From Haliotis asinina (taxonomy: Eukaryota): 64,000 nucleotides of DNA. Positions within the stretch are counted from its first letter, which is position 1. Each line of letters opens with the position of its first letter. The stretch spans positions 70,781,515 to 70,845,514 of the forward strand of contig NC_090285.1 of NCBI RefSeq assembly GCF_037392515.1. Direction: 5' to 3'. A program made the translations under genes and the position numbers. The notes below the pieces were generated by a model. The model searched no databases, had not been told where the DNA came from, and saw only the letters and a list, made by a program, of their open reading frames with translations. Shown piece by piece: positions 11,531-23,499 of this stretch.

Positions 11531-12099
11531 CTAAAAGAGAATCTCACACCAATATCTTTTGATATCTCATATTCAAAGACTATTCTGTGATTTCAAGCTT
11601 TATGAAACTGAAGGATTCTATATGTCCTACAAGGCATTGTGACAGTATAGTATGGCCAGAAGTTATTGAAAATTTTAGGAACATGTTAATAAGATTTCTA
11701 GTATAAACAACCTTGACCAGCTATCATGTGCTTGGTTTTGGTTTCATTCAAGGGAGACAACTCCATTAATCCTTTTTTGTTAGTTTGTGAAGAGTTATCC
11801 CCCTTTGTATACTTGCTATCACACGACATTTTCAGTGATGTTAGAGTGTTACAACAAGGATATCAGATCAGCTAAAGTGATTTCAAGTAGAGCAGGCAAA
11901 TGGATATGGCATGGAGAACCAGGGAAGCGCAGGCAGGCCCAGAAAGTTGACAGTTGGTAACAGGAGGGCTTGGTATTCTTGTTTCTAAAAATAACGAAGG
12001 AGTTTAGAAAGCTTAAGAATGGATGTGATTGATAGAGGAACTGTGGCTGTCTGTAAGGAGACAATTAGAACTGCCTGCAGTGGAATGGCAGAAAAGTCA

Positions 12100-12700
12100 A
12101 GGAATTCCATCACCGATTATGAAAATGCTTACTGCATAGAGATTTTAACTGGGAGAGTGTGATTTTCTCAGATGAAAGTTCTGTGGGACTGTTTCATGAT
12201 GCACTGAAATTCTGGACAAATCAAACTGAAACACTTATGTACCAGTGCCCAAAGTACAGTCCAAAATTTAACATGGGTTGGGGGGAGGGGGCGCTTCTGT
12301 GTATTTGGGAAACATGAACAGTGAGCGGTAGATATATATTCTTGACGACATTTAATTCCATCTGCTTACATGTTCTATGTTTTGATTTTCCAGCAGAACA
12401 ATGACCCAAAACATCGGACCAAAAATATTACATTATTAGATTGGTCAAGGTATAGCCCGACCTAAATCCAATAGAAAATGTTTGGGGACATGAAGGAAAG
12501 TGTCAATAAGAAAAATCTGACGAATATTGCTGAAATGAAAGTAGAGGTGGTCCGATATGGGGACAGCATTGACCACGAAATTATAGCTCTTTGATCAGTA
12601 GTATGCCCTGCAGCATTGAAGCCTGCATTGCCGCCCATGGTGACTTGACAAAATACTAACGGTTAACCTGTCTCTGAATCTGGTGTTATGTTCTGCTAAT
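12100..12700 (+). mobile_element. Tc1/mariner transposase fragment (degenerate)
   Basis: Translations FQQNNDPKHRTK and PDLNPIENVWG (DDE C-terminal region); upstream FSDE-like segment. Multiple stops. Confidence 0.65.
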
Positions 12701-15019
12701 CTTTGCATTTAATATGTGAGTAATGATGAAAAAATTATATAATTTACAATCTTAAAGGGGCACTGATGCGGAGCAATTTCCCTGGACTGGTTGTTCCTTT
12801 TGTTATTGTTTTTCTCCCATGAGTACCCGGATGATAGCCCAGAATTTGTGACTGGTTCGTTACCTCTGCTGTGCAGCTCGTATGCGCAGTTGAGAGTTTA
12901 ATTATAGACAAATCAACTAAGGTGAAGTCATTTTTACTTCATTACAAATGTATTATTACAACAAATGAAGGTTAATCATCTGCCAGTGGTAGAAATGGTA
13001 AAAAACTATTAGGACGGAAAAATAACGAAGCCAATGTACGTCTTTACATTTTGTCTCATAACCTTAATTAGTTTATTGTCATATGTGTATGATTTTGAAA
13101 ATTAGTAAAAGAACACACGGTCTGCTTATACTTGTAGTAAATTTCTAACATGACTGTAACATTTAAACATTGTATAGACTGCCAGTGTGGATCCTATTTC
13201 ACACATGCCCTATGCACGTGTTTTCTGTCATACAGATTCTGCTGAATGCTACAACAAATAAAACAAAATGCAACTAATGAATTTAAGACAGACTAATGTT
13301 TTAGCAACAATGTCAGGCCACTACCTTGTTCTGGAATGTATCCATCAATATCCATATAAAAGAACGATATTGCATTCATCTGCAGCTGGTAAATAATCCT
13401 GCTCTATGTCATGTGTCTTACAACAGTCTAATTTGTGAAAAAGTGACACATCGTTTCAGGTCTTTCAGATTGGTGAAAACCTGATAAACCTCTGATTGGT
13501 CTCTCAAGATAGCACACCTGGCAACTAATTGTATGATGTCAGCCATTCTAGGTGATTTAGTTAACCAATAATGACCAATCAATCAATCAACGCAATGGTG
13601 GTTAATTCTTTGAAAGGAGGATGTTTTTACACTCGCACTTTACAACAGGGTGTTGTCAGTAGATTAGTACATCTACACACACTGCCTTTTGACGAATCCT
13701 CTGTAGAAGATAAAAGTAATTAATCAATCAGTATGTTATCGGTTAATCCTTTGATAGATATTTGTGTTTGTAACTCACCAAATAAACCCTCTTGCATCAC
13801 TTACATGGACATATTACATAACATACAATACATTTGCCACTACAAACCTTAATTTGTAATGTTGAGTATTTACTCCAGACAGGAGAAATGCTAAATGGGA
13901 ACCTTTGTTGGGTAATGTTAAGTGGTGTTACCACTAATTATACCTGTTAGAAATTCAAATTCATTCACTTACCATCAAGTGAATGATGACAAATAACACG
14001 TGTAGGTTTATACCATCAAACGCGAGTTACAGCAAGGACGATGTAATCTCTGTGTTGCATGCAACCTGAAAACACTTATGGACAAAAACTTTTGAGGATA
14101 CCAGCAGAACTTCCTTGTTACATAAGAAATACAAACAGACATTTGCTGTGTACTTGAGTAAATACGTGTAATCAATTTTTTTTGACATAGGAACATTTTC
14201 AGATTTCTCTACCAATGGCAAAGTCGTGTTTAGTTTACGAATTTAAATAAATTAATTGTGTGTTTTTATTTTCATAAATAATTTACCAAAATGTACGTAT
14301 GATTTTTGCTATGACAACTGGACCAACCCTCAAAACTAAATATAAAGCTTGGCAATCTTTCAGACTTACATGAAACAAATGGCTTGCTACATGTATGAAA
14401 ATATCATATTTTTACATGACATGATTAAATATTGAGATAAAAAAAACACCGAAATAGGATCAAACTGGATCAGTCACTATACCATCCAGGCATCAGAAAA
14501 ACACTACACTGCTGGGATATTTTGTTACAATCAGACAAGGAATACCATGGATATTTTGAAATAATGGCATATGATGGGCATCCGGCCTCCTGACTGTTTA
14601 GGGTGAAACATTTTGCTAATGTGGACAGGAGCCCAGTCCCTTTGTCCATCACAGTCAAGGGAGCAGGTGCTGACCAATTTGCAGCTTGGTTTCGTAATTA
14701 GACTGTTGGTGAGAAACATTATTTGCTCCACATCAGTGCCCTTTTAAATGCTCCTGTTGAAGCAGGTTTTGGATAATGGGCATTTATTTCTCTTCCGTAT
14801 GCATCCTGTCTCAGCTCCCTTGTGTGACCTGTTTGCATCTCTGATAATAGAACTGATGATTCCTTTAAGAATTGTTTTGACTGAACCTTGCATGCTACTT
14901 TACCATGGAGACATGTAAGTGTAGTATGGTTTCAGCTGTGTTCATTATGGCTTACTTATTCAGTACCACTATAGATTTTGCAGAAGGATTTTTCACTTCA
15001 GTGTTATTTGCTGTTATAG

Positions 15020-15119
15020 GATGGATTCTGGGAGTTCTGCAGTGACCTTGATCAGTCTCTCGGCATCAACTCGGACGCCTGCAAGACTATGTTATTCAAA
15101 GCCGGACTGAAGTCACTAG
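15020..15119 (+). CDS. Coding exon of unknown gene (33 codons, ends in phase 1)
   Basis: Acceptor ttatag|GAT, donor CTAG|gtgaga. DGFWEFCSDLDQSLGINSDACKTMLFKAGLKSL. Phase matches the next exon exactly. Confidence 0.45.
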
Positions 15120-15445
15120 GTGAGAGAGAATCTCTTTGAACCAATTATTTGCACCTTGAAAGCAGTTTAATCTAGTTTGTCATACAGACCCTGAAGTGAA
15201 TATATCCAAGAAAGTCAACACAACTCTGGAAAATGTGGCAAGAAACTCTCAGGGCTCCTTTTCATTATAGTCTCATATTTCACTATCAATTTTTTTTCTG
15301 TAAAATATGTTCATAAAAGAGACTAGTTTTTAGTCTACTTGAATCCTGTTTGTAGGTTTATATCCATGGCAAAACCTTTTGGCAAAACCTTGACAACAAA
15401 TCATGTACCTGTGTTTGTATCTGTGGTCAATGTGTGATGTTGCAG

Positions 15446-15855
15446 GTATTTCTGTGGCTGATGAGATGCTCCATCTCTTGGCAACACTACTGGTGATTTT
15501 CAGCATCTTGGAGGTGCTGTGTCCAGAGTTATTCCCCTTGTCGTTCAACAGTCACCTCGAGTATTCTTCTCAAAAACATCAAATTCAGCAGTCCCAAAAA
15601 GGAATCCAAGACGAGTTGTTGACCCCAGTGTTGCAGAAATCACTGAGTCAGGGGTTAGATTTCTGCCTGGATTCAGACAGAAAACATCCACTGATCTGCC
15701 GTTCCCTGGAGCTTGGGCCAGACTGGGTGTCAGTGACAGCCCTGCTGCTGGGATTGAAGAAAGAGCAAGGCACCATGGCTATCTCAGGGTTGAAAACCTT
15801 ACGCATCTTACTGGATGATTTGGGAATTTTACAGCCCAAAGTGATCATGCTGTGA
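15446..15855 (+). CDS. Terminal coding exon of the same unknown gene (stop TGA at 15853-15855)
   Basis: Acceptor gttgcag|GT completes a Gly codon with the previous exon. 136 open codons: ISVADEMLHLLATLLVIFSILEVL...LGILQPKVIML*. AT-rich 3' region follows. Confidence 0.45.
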
Positions 15856-16079
15856 GATTAAACCTGTTTTATTGAGTTTTGTGAGAAGTATGTTGGGTAG
15901 ATACACTTTCTTGATTGTATTTTTTTTTGTTATTTCTTTTGAGAGTGTCCCGGGATCCAGACTGTGGACATCAGTAGATTACAGTTGAGACATATTTGAT
16001 GCCTTTCACACATGGAGGCAACTCTGTGCAGGTTTCTGTATCTTCCTATGATGCTTGGGGTCCTCTTTTGATCTTGTAA

Positions 16080-16450
16080 CAGTTATGGAGCTTACTGTAG
16101 TGCTGTTGTAAGTGAAGCAGATACAGATTCACCATGATAGTCTGCTGTATGAAGCTCTTGTTTATCTTAATAATATAGCTATTTCATGTAATATCTTCTA
16201 ATATATTTTTTTCTAAATTGCTGTTGTAAGTGAAGCAGATAGATTAAGCTTCTTGTTGTGTCATGTTTGTTTGTTTGTTTTTTGTAATAATTTATGGCTG
16301 ATGTCTTAGAGGAGTGTAGCAAGCAGTCATATGATCAATGGCTTTAGAACAGATTCACCGTGATATTCTGCTGTATGAAGCTCTTATTTATCTTAATAAT
16401 ATAGCTATTTTATGTAATATCTTTTAATATATTTTTTTCTAAATTGTATT
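16080..16450. repeat. ~225-bp tandem duplication (2 copies) in the putative 3' UTR region
   Basis: cagattcaccatgatagtctgctgtatgaagctcttgtttatcttaataatatagctatttcatgtaatatcttctaatatatttttttctaaattg is present twice. Confidence 0.85.
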
Positions 16451-17227
16451 TAATGAAATAAAAGAATGAAACTACTTAACTTTTACAAGGGTGATTTTCT
16501 ATGATGAGTATTCATACCAAGAGTTCAGTCCCATCTCCATGACAACCATTAGTTGTATAGCTTCTGGTTACATGGCAAGCAAGGAGTTTGGGTAAAAAAA
16601 TTGTTGGTATGGTTGATAGCTAAATGTCTTCTTGAATAGTGATGTACAGACTGGAGTGTGGGGCCCGAGTGATTTCCACAAAAGGTGGTCAGGCTTGCTG
16701 ACTTGGTTGACACATTTCTTTGTATTCAGTTGCATACATAGATAGTCATGCTGTTGATCACTGGATTGTTTGGTCTAGACACGCTTATTCACACACCATC
16801 CCCAAAATAGCTGGAATATTGCCTTGCTGTGTTACACAATAAACCACCCAACCAACAACAACCCAATCCTCATCTCGAAGTCTCTCCACTACAGAACGAT
16901 GTAAAAAGTATCTTTGTCTTAAATAGATTTTATTCTGTGTTTTACAAAATGTACATTCAGAAAACATTCATATTTACAATATACACAGCTCTCAATCACA
17001 TGTTGACAATGGACACACCATGTGGACTGAATCATTGAATCACAGAGTAGCAGATTCTGTAAACTCAAACACTGCATTGTTGAATCACTGATTTTGTAAT
17101 CATTGGTTCTGAACCCACATACACTGAATTAATGAATTGCTGATTCTGCACATTTAACACATTGACTGCCACCATGAGTATGCTAGGATCAATATCTGCT
17201 TGAATATGTCACGACGAGTTACCTTGA

Positions 17228-17375
17228 AGGTATATCAGTGGTATTTTAAATCAAGTTTCACATGCTGGTGAAACAGTCACAATAAGCATTGTTTCCTGGC
17301 AAGAATCCAAGGAGACGTTTGTTTCTTGTGCCTATTTTGCCAGCATGTGAAACTTGTTCTAAAATACCACTGATA
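17228..17375. repeat. Fold-back / MITE-like inverted repeat (38-bp arms, ~65-bp loop)
   Basis: tatatcagtggtattttaaatcaagtttcacatgctgg ... ccagcatgtgaaacttgttctaaaataccactgatata. Confidence 0.6.
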
Positions 17376-18264
17376 TAGCTGTGAGATAACTTGAAGTGGC
17401 AAACTCTACTTGTAGTGGCAAACTAGATCCTATGTGTGTATCCATGAGGCAGTCAACATGTAAAACACTGAATCATTTAATCACTTGCACTGTATATTTT
17501 AAAAGGTAAATCAATGAATCTCTGAGTTTCTGGATATAATATCCTAGAAAAATGCTGATCCCTACATTATGTGACAAAGGACATTAGATATTCATGCATG
17601 TACAATTGTGTCTGCACCAACATATATTTATCTTGTTACACTATGATACAGTGTCAACACAGATTTCCAAACAAAAGTGTGGCTCAGTCCAGAGTATGGC
17701 TGGTCCCGTGATACATTCTGCAATTTACTGTCTAGAGTAGTCACCCCTTAGGCATGCTGGATCCTATGATCCATGTTATCATGCTAGGTAAGTCAGCAGA
17801 TTGAGGATGCTATACCAAAGCAACAATCAGGTTCACTTGTAATGTCCTATTTCCTTTCAAACCTGACCACTCTAGTTCCTCCCAGCATCAAAGGTGTACT
17901 GTGTATCACATGTTGTGTACTACATGTTGTGTATCACATGTTGTGACCAGCTGTGAGAGCATGTTACTGATAGCCTGTTCATTGCGAGACATGAACCCTC
18001 AATGAATATATTTCTATTTAAAATGAGAAAAAAGGGCAGAGAAAAGAGCCCATCTGAAAGTGCATCAATTATGAATTTAAAGTAGCGTGGTTTCACTGTG
18101 AACATGTGGTGGAACTTCCTCACGTGGAGGACTGCAGCACATACACCTGGCAGAGGAACATCATTCCTCGATGTCAGCAGAGTGGAATGTTACATCTCAC
18201 TTCCAAAATACTATATTTACAATCTGTACTTGATGTTGTATCCCATCAAATCATAAAGACGTTT

Positions 18265-18588
18265 TCAGCTATCAAACTCAAGACCATCCAGTTCATCCTT
18301 AAGCTCGGTATTGACCTGAGTCTCAATGCTGGACGGCACAACGTCAAGGCAGATGTCGTACTGCTGGTCAAGCCCAAGGTAGGAGTCACTCATCAGGTAG
18401 AGGGTGTAGATGACACGTCCCACTGTCTCTGGTGTGTACAGAGCAAGCTGAGCCTTGGAACGACCACGCACGTACCCCATCCGCTTGAGTGCGATCAGTT
18501 CCTTAGTCTCCACCTCACCCACCACAACAACCCAGCCTTCATCCTTTGGCTTCGGGAATCGTGGACTGTACGCCTTGCTGTCAGACTT
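18265..18588 (-). CDS. ASCC3: Brr2-family helicase terminal coding exon (stop at 18265-18267)
   Basis: KSDSKAYSPRFPKPKDEGWVVVVGEVETKELIALKRMGYVRGRSKAQLALYTPETVGRVIYTLYLMSDSYLGLDQQYDICLDV... vs Brr2 [27 protein letters not shown]...[23 protein letters not shown]. Acceptor ttacttcag|AAG. Confidence 0.75.
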   Translation of the reverse strand, partial: KSDSKAYSPRFPKPKDEGWVVVVGEVETKELIALKRMGYVRGRSKAQLALYTPETVGRVIYTLYLMSDSYLGLDQQYDICLDVVPSSIETQVNTELKDELDGLEFDS

Positions 18589-19345
18589 CTGAAGTAACAA
18601 ATCACTGTCATGAATGACATATTTTATACACTGGAGCCAGGAAACCATGGCTATGCTGCTGTGACAAGCTTCAAGCACCTGGCTACTGCACCCTCGTACT
18701 TCATGTAAAACATTTGCTACTTTTATTTTGTCCACAAGCAGGCAGCAATATAACTGTGATGGTGGCTCTGTGAGTTAATATGTTCAGACAAGAGCATATA
18801 AAAAGGTGAAACTATACAAATAATGGACAATGACAACCTGACACAGACGAGTCACAGAGCCCAACTACCACATGCAGGAAACCAGTGAACATTAAATCAG
18901 ATTTGGTCTTCAGGAATACTTGTTTGATTTGGCATTTAGAAGCTGGTATGATGAACAGGAACAATTCTTTATGGATTGATCTATCCTTCGTGTATATACT
19001 CTCCTTGTCCATAATGTTGTCGATCATGTGTTTGGTAATGGCGTTAGCATCTACAACAAAACATTTTCAATAAAGAAGTTGTCTATCCATAAAAAATCAT
19101 TCCTATTCGATTGTACGAAAAGACACACCGTTTTTGTTGAAACATGTCACCAGTTGCTTAGACTGATGCTGTATAGGCTCTGGACTGCCTGGTCCTGATT
19201 ATTTACAGACCATGATGAAACAGCTAGAACATTGCTGAGTGTGACCATGAAAAGACAACTACAAACACTTGACATCTCCATCTGGCATGTAGTGTACATC
19301 AACATCATCAGTGTCCATGAGGGTCACTGAAAGTACACGACTCAC

Positions 19346-19437
19346 CCGGGTCTTGTTGACTCTTGCCAGGTCAACCTGAAGGACATATTCCTGATCAGCA
19401 TGGACCTCGATCCAGTCTGAGTCTTGACGCCGCCCAC
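19346..19437 (-). CDS. ASCC3: Brr2-family helicase exon
   Basis: GRRQDSDWIEVHADQEYVLQVDLARVNKTR (VLQVDLAR ~ Brr2 VVLVQLER). Acceptor ctacag|GT completes Gly. Donor CGG|gtgagt. Confidence 0.55.
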
Positions 19438-19449
19438 CTGTAGCAAGTA

Positions 19450-19450
<1 letters not shown>

Positions 19451-19494
<44 letters not shown>

Positions 19495-19495
19495 T
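19451..19495. repeat. (GAT/ATC)15 microsatellite abutting the exon 19346-19437 acceptor
   Basis: catcatcat... x15. On the gene strand it reads GATGAT... 14 nt upstream of the inferred AG. Confidence 0.95.
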
Positions 19496-19727
19496 CCTTG
19501 TGGTTGAAAGTTTACGATGTGCATTGCTTTACATTGTTGAGTACATGCTTGTGAATATCTGTCAAATTTTAACGGTTAGTTTACTTTATTCAAGTGTGTT
19601 ATGTTAAACAATGATTCTGAATAATCACAACTATGTCTTTTTACAATCAATTATTACTTATAATTCTTCTTTTGGTTGACTTTAGATTATTAAGATGTTA
19701 GATTTTAATGGATGAAACATGTCCTAC

Positions 19728-19842
19728 CTGTAACGGACAGATTAACTAATCTCTCCTCCTCCTTGCCCCTTGACCCTTCCCAGAATCCCTTGACTGTGAT
19801 GGAGACACTGATCTGTGGCAGACGACTCAATACCAGGTACAC
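19728..19842 (-). CDS. ASCC3: Brr2-family helicase exon
   Basis: VYLVLSRLPQISVSITVKGFWEGSRGKEEERLVNLSVT(G) vs Brr2 [20 protein letters not shown]. Acceptor ggctttag|G, donor ACAG|gtagga (phase 1). Confidence 0.6.
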
Positions 19843-19989
19843 CTAAAGCCAAATATTATAATTGTATCTTTTGATCTTTCATTTTGATTTGAAAAAGATC
19901 AGCTATTCATGTTTTACAGATTATAAGTATAGAAATCCACTATTTTTATATGTACAAAGTCTCCAAAAAAGACAAAACACCCTGTTTGT

Positions 19990-20125
19990 ATAACCATACA
20001 TAAGTGTCTATCGGTCTGTTCGTATAACCATACATAAGTGTCTATCGGTCTGTTCGTATAACCATACATAAGTGTCTATCGGTCTGTTCGTATAACCATA
20101 CATAAGTGTCTATCGGTCTGTTCCT
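19990..20125. repeat. 33-bp minisatellite, 4 copies (intronic)
   Basis: cataagtgtctatcggtctgttcgtataaccata repeated. Confidence 0.9.
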
Positions 20126-20174
20126 GACAACAGTAAGCTTGCTAAGCATCATCCAGTTATATCATGGATGGCAC

Positions 20175-20790
20175 ACAGTGTCAGCTCACCAGCTACATCA
20201 TGACATCTATAGTGTCAGCTCACCAGCTACATCATGACATCTATCGTGTCAGCTCACCAGCTACATCATGGCATCTATAGTGTCAGCTCACCAGCTACAT
20301 CATGACATCTATCGTGTCAGCTCATTAGCTACATCATGGCATCTATAGTGTCAGCTCACCAGCTACATCATGACATCTATCGTGTCAGCTCATTAGCTAC
20401 ATCATGACATCTATAGTGTCAGCTCACTAGCTACATCATGGCATCTATAGTGTCAGCTCATTAGCTACATCATGGCATCTATAGTGTCAGCTCATTAGCT
20501 ACATCATGGCATCTATAGTGTCAGCTCATTAGCTACATCATGACATCTATAGTGTCAGCTCACTAGCTACATCATGGCATCTATAGTGTCAGCTCACTAG
20601 CTACATCATGGCATCTATAGTGTCAGCTCATTAGCTACATCATGGCATCTATAGTGTCAGCTCATTAGCTACATCATGGCATCTACATTGTCAGTTTACT
20701 AGCTACATCATGGCATCTACATTGTCAGTTTACTAGCTACATCATGGCAGACACACAGTGTCAACTCACTAGCTGCATCATGGCAGACAA
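20175..20790. repeat. 34-bp minisatellite, ~18 copies (intronic)
   Basis: gtgtcagctcaccagctacatcatgacatctata with ca/tt and ga/gc variants. Confidence 0.9.
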
Positions 20791-20805
20791 ACAGTGTCAA
20801 CTCAC

Positions 20806-20956
20806 CTGATCAATCTCAGTCTGGTTCATCTCACCACTCAACATGGCAGCCAGGGCCTCAAACTTCCCATCACACACCGATACAAGCTCTGGGAGAGTCT
20901 CAATTGGTCCTCGCAGCTCTGGGAAACCCTTTTGTCTGGCACCTCCCCCTCGGGGC
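20806..20956 (-). CDS. ASCC3: Brr2-family helicase exon
   Basis: (R)PRGGGARQKGFPELRGPIETLPELVSVCDGKFEALAAMLSGEMNQTEIDQ. Acceptor tgtttag|G, donor CAG|gtgagt. Confidence 0.6.
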
Positions 20957-20989
20957 CTAAACACAAACAAACCAAATAAGAGACATTAA

Positions 20990-21350
20990 ACTATGACATT
21001 GTACGTACCTGACACATGGAATGATGGGAATGTACGTACCTGACACATGGAATGATGGGAATGTACGTACCTGACACATGGAATGATGGGAATGTACGTA
21101 CCTGACACATGCAATGATGGGAATGTACGTACCTGACACATGCAATGATGGGAATGTACGTACCTGACACATGGAATGATGGGAATGTACGTACCTGACA
21201 CATGGAATGATGGGAATGTACGTACCTGACACATGGACTGATGGGAATGTACATACCTGACACATGCAATGATGGGAATGTACGTACCTGACACATGCAA
21301 TGATGGGAATGTACGTACCTGACACATGCAATGATGGGAATGTACGTACC
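20990..21350. repeat. 31-bp minisatellite, ~12 copies, starting exactly at the 5' splice site of exon 21350-21501
   Basis: Unit on the gene strand is catgtgtcaggtacgtacattcccatcattc. Every copy carries CAG|GTACGTAC. Confidence 0.9.
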
Positions 21351-21501
21351 TGAAACAGTAAACATGGTAGGGCATGATGTTAGGGAGAGTGAGAAGAGTG
21401 GAGTCCTCCAGCCATCGACCTTGCACCACCATCTGTATCAACTGAATCACCCGTAGAGATGTTGCCAGCCAGCCCTGGTCTGCCGACACATCCAACATGG
21501 C
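21350..21501 (-). CDS. ASCC3: Brr2-family helicase exon
   Basis: AMLDVSADQGWLATSLRVIQLIQMVVQGRWLEDSTLLTLPNIMPYHVYCF vs Brr2 [42 protein letters not shown]. Donor TTCAG|gtacgtac. Confidence 0.7.
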
Positions 21502-21895
21502 CTGAAGTGAGGTGAAACAAATGTAACTGTTAAGTGAACAACCTAAAATACATTGCAAACAAAGAACACTTTGGCCGTCAAGGGCGGAGACCAAATTTCA
21601 CAACCCAAACAATGTGTCATTGGGCATATATAGTTTCAACACTGACCTTGCAACAATGGTATAGACACACATGTGAAAGACTGATCATACACTGAAGTTG
21701 ACAGAAGACTTACTAAATTCAAATCTATGAAGGCTGCAGGAATGTGGGCACAGTCAGAAATTTGCAGCAATAATGACTCCATGACATTGCATATGACGTA
21801 CAAAAAAAGGACAGAAACACGGGACAGAGTTGTCTCCCTTGTACTGTCAGAGGAACATCTGAAACAGTTGTTGAGAGGAGGATAAGGGGACCCAC

Positions 21896-22064
21896 CTGGA
21901 GGATCCTGATGGCTTGGTCCAGCACAGACTTTGTGTCGGTGTAGTAGTCTGTTGAGGGCAGCTGCAGCTGGGAGAAGTGAGCCTGTAGTAGGATGTGGGT
22001 CTTGGTGTGGGCTGAGTCATAGGAGTGGGGGTTCACTGCCAGGGGTACCTTTTGGGCCAAGTCA
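21896..22064 (-). CDS. ASCC3: Brr2-family helicase exon
   Basis: [56 protein letters not shown] vs Brr2 [36 protein letters not shown]...ILSKAIRLIQ. Phase consistent. Confidence 0.75.
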
Positions 22065-22081
22065 CTATCACAACATAGAGT

Positions 22082-22120
22082 GAGTGAGTGATAGAGTGAT
22101 TGAGTGAGTGAGTGAGTGAG
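22082..22120. repeat. (GAGT)n microsatellite
   Basis: gagtgagtgagtgagtgagtgagtgagt. Confidence 0.9.
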
Positions 22121-22518
22121 TGAGTGAGTTTTATTATCCCCTCCACACGTTTAGTGCGAAGCAGGGGATATAGTACTAGGTTCCGTAAGATTTACAGTAG
22201 TCAGCGAGATATTTCAACAACCATTCCCAGAATTTTCTTCATATTCAACACCAAGCTTATTCTTGGGAAGGTGCAACAAGAATGCTCACCTTGTCACACG
22301 ATATCTCAAGAACAGCTGACTGGGTATTCTTATTTGTTACCAGCCTTCACCTTGGAAAGGCGCATTTAACTTCATCTTGAACTACTACCTGCATTTTCGT
22401 TACTTTTTAAGTTTAATTTGACAATAATTTACGGTGTGGGACTACATCACCTTAGTGATAATGTTTTTATTTCAATTTAAACATCATGAAATTCTGGAGT
22501 CCATGCCAGCCACCTACC

Positions 22519-22574
22519 TGTTGATCTGGTCTTCATTATGGCGGACTGGGAGCTCAGCATACTCATGGGCATTC
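22519..22574 (-). CDS. ASCC3: Brr2-family helicase exon
   Basis: NAHEYAELPVRHNEDQINS vs Brr2 NAAEYENIPIRHHEDNLLR. Acceptor cacag|A, donor AACAG|gtaggt (phase 2). Confidence 0.7.
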
Positions 22575-22860
22575 TGTGAGGGGAACAAGAAAGATGTGAA
22601 ATCACTACCATCTCCATACTAACTATTCTTAAAAAAGTCCACAAAGTTAGGAGCAGATGTGTGTTTGTTCAGGTCTACTTCATCCTTCTTGTCACTAAAA
22701 CTGCAACCACAACGTCAGACAATATATGCATCACCCAAACTAAACATCATCTATTACATCTCAGTATCTGTCACATTTTATATGGTCATTTAATGTGGCT
22801 TTATCGGAAATAGGGACATGAATTACTAACAATGCCCAGATTAATGAGATCCAGACATAC

Positions 22861-22995
22861 CGACAAAATATCCAAGAGCTCTGGCAGTGTTGATTCAGCC
22901 TTGAGTTCATTACAGAACATGCGCACGGTGTTGTGGTTCAGGTAGTAGTAGGACGAGATGCGGCCCAGGGTCAGTGGTGAAACACTGCGGTTGTC
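22861..22995 (-). CDS. ASCC3: Brr2-family helicase exon (start of the second Sec63 domain)
   Basis: DNRSVSPLTLGRISSYYYLNHNTVRMFCNELKAESTLPELLDILS vs Brr2 [41 protein letters not shown]. Acceptor ctttctag|G, donor TCG|gtatgt. Confidence 0.7.
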
Positions 22996-23499
22996 CTAGA
23001 AAGATGCATTATGTTTCCATAAACACAGTATCCAGGAAGGCTGATGTTACTGACATGCAGCTGGGACATGACATAAAGAAGAGTATCTAAACGACATGAC
23101 ATAAAAAAGAGTATCTAAGGGACATGACAGAAAGAAGAGTATCAAAGGGATATGACATAAAGAAGAGTATCAAAGGGACATGACATAAAGACGAGTATCT
23201 AAGGGACATGACATAAAGAAGAGTATGTATGAGACATGACACACACAAGAGTGTATATGGGACTTACAACTGCAGACAGCAGGTACATTCCGTTCAATAT
23301 AGAACAATATGTTATGGATAACAACTTCTTTATTGTGTGAGTGTGACATTTTGATACAGACTCTTCCAACACTGTCAAGCAAAAATGCCACAATAAAGGA
23401 AGGAAATGTACATAAATACTGAATACAACAATGAGACAACATAATAAACAAAGAAAACATAATAGACGAAGAAAACAACAAAATAGCCATGACTGGTTA

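Noticed and set aside
14903-14915. accATGGAGACATgtaagt as the first exon of the 15020-15855 gene
   Set aside because: Its phase (1) does not match the phase-0 acceptor at 15020, since the join would create TGA. Left unassigned.
20957-21365. Minus-strand ORFs of 124-202 aa running through the 31-bp array
   Set aside because: Only the first ~50 codons (21350-21501) are a genuine exon ending at the CAG|GTACGT donor. The remainder is open because of the repeat.
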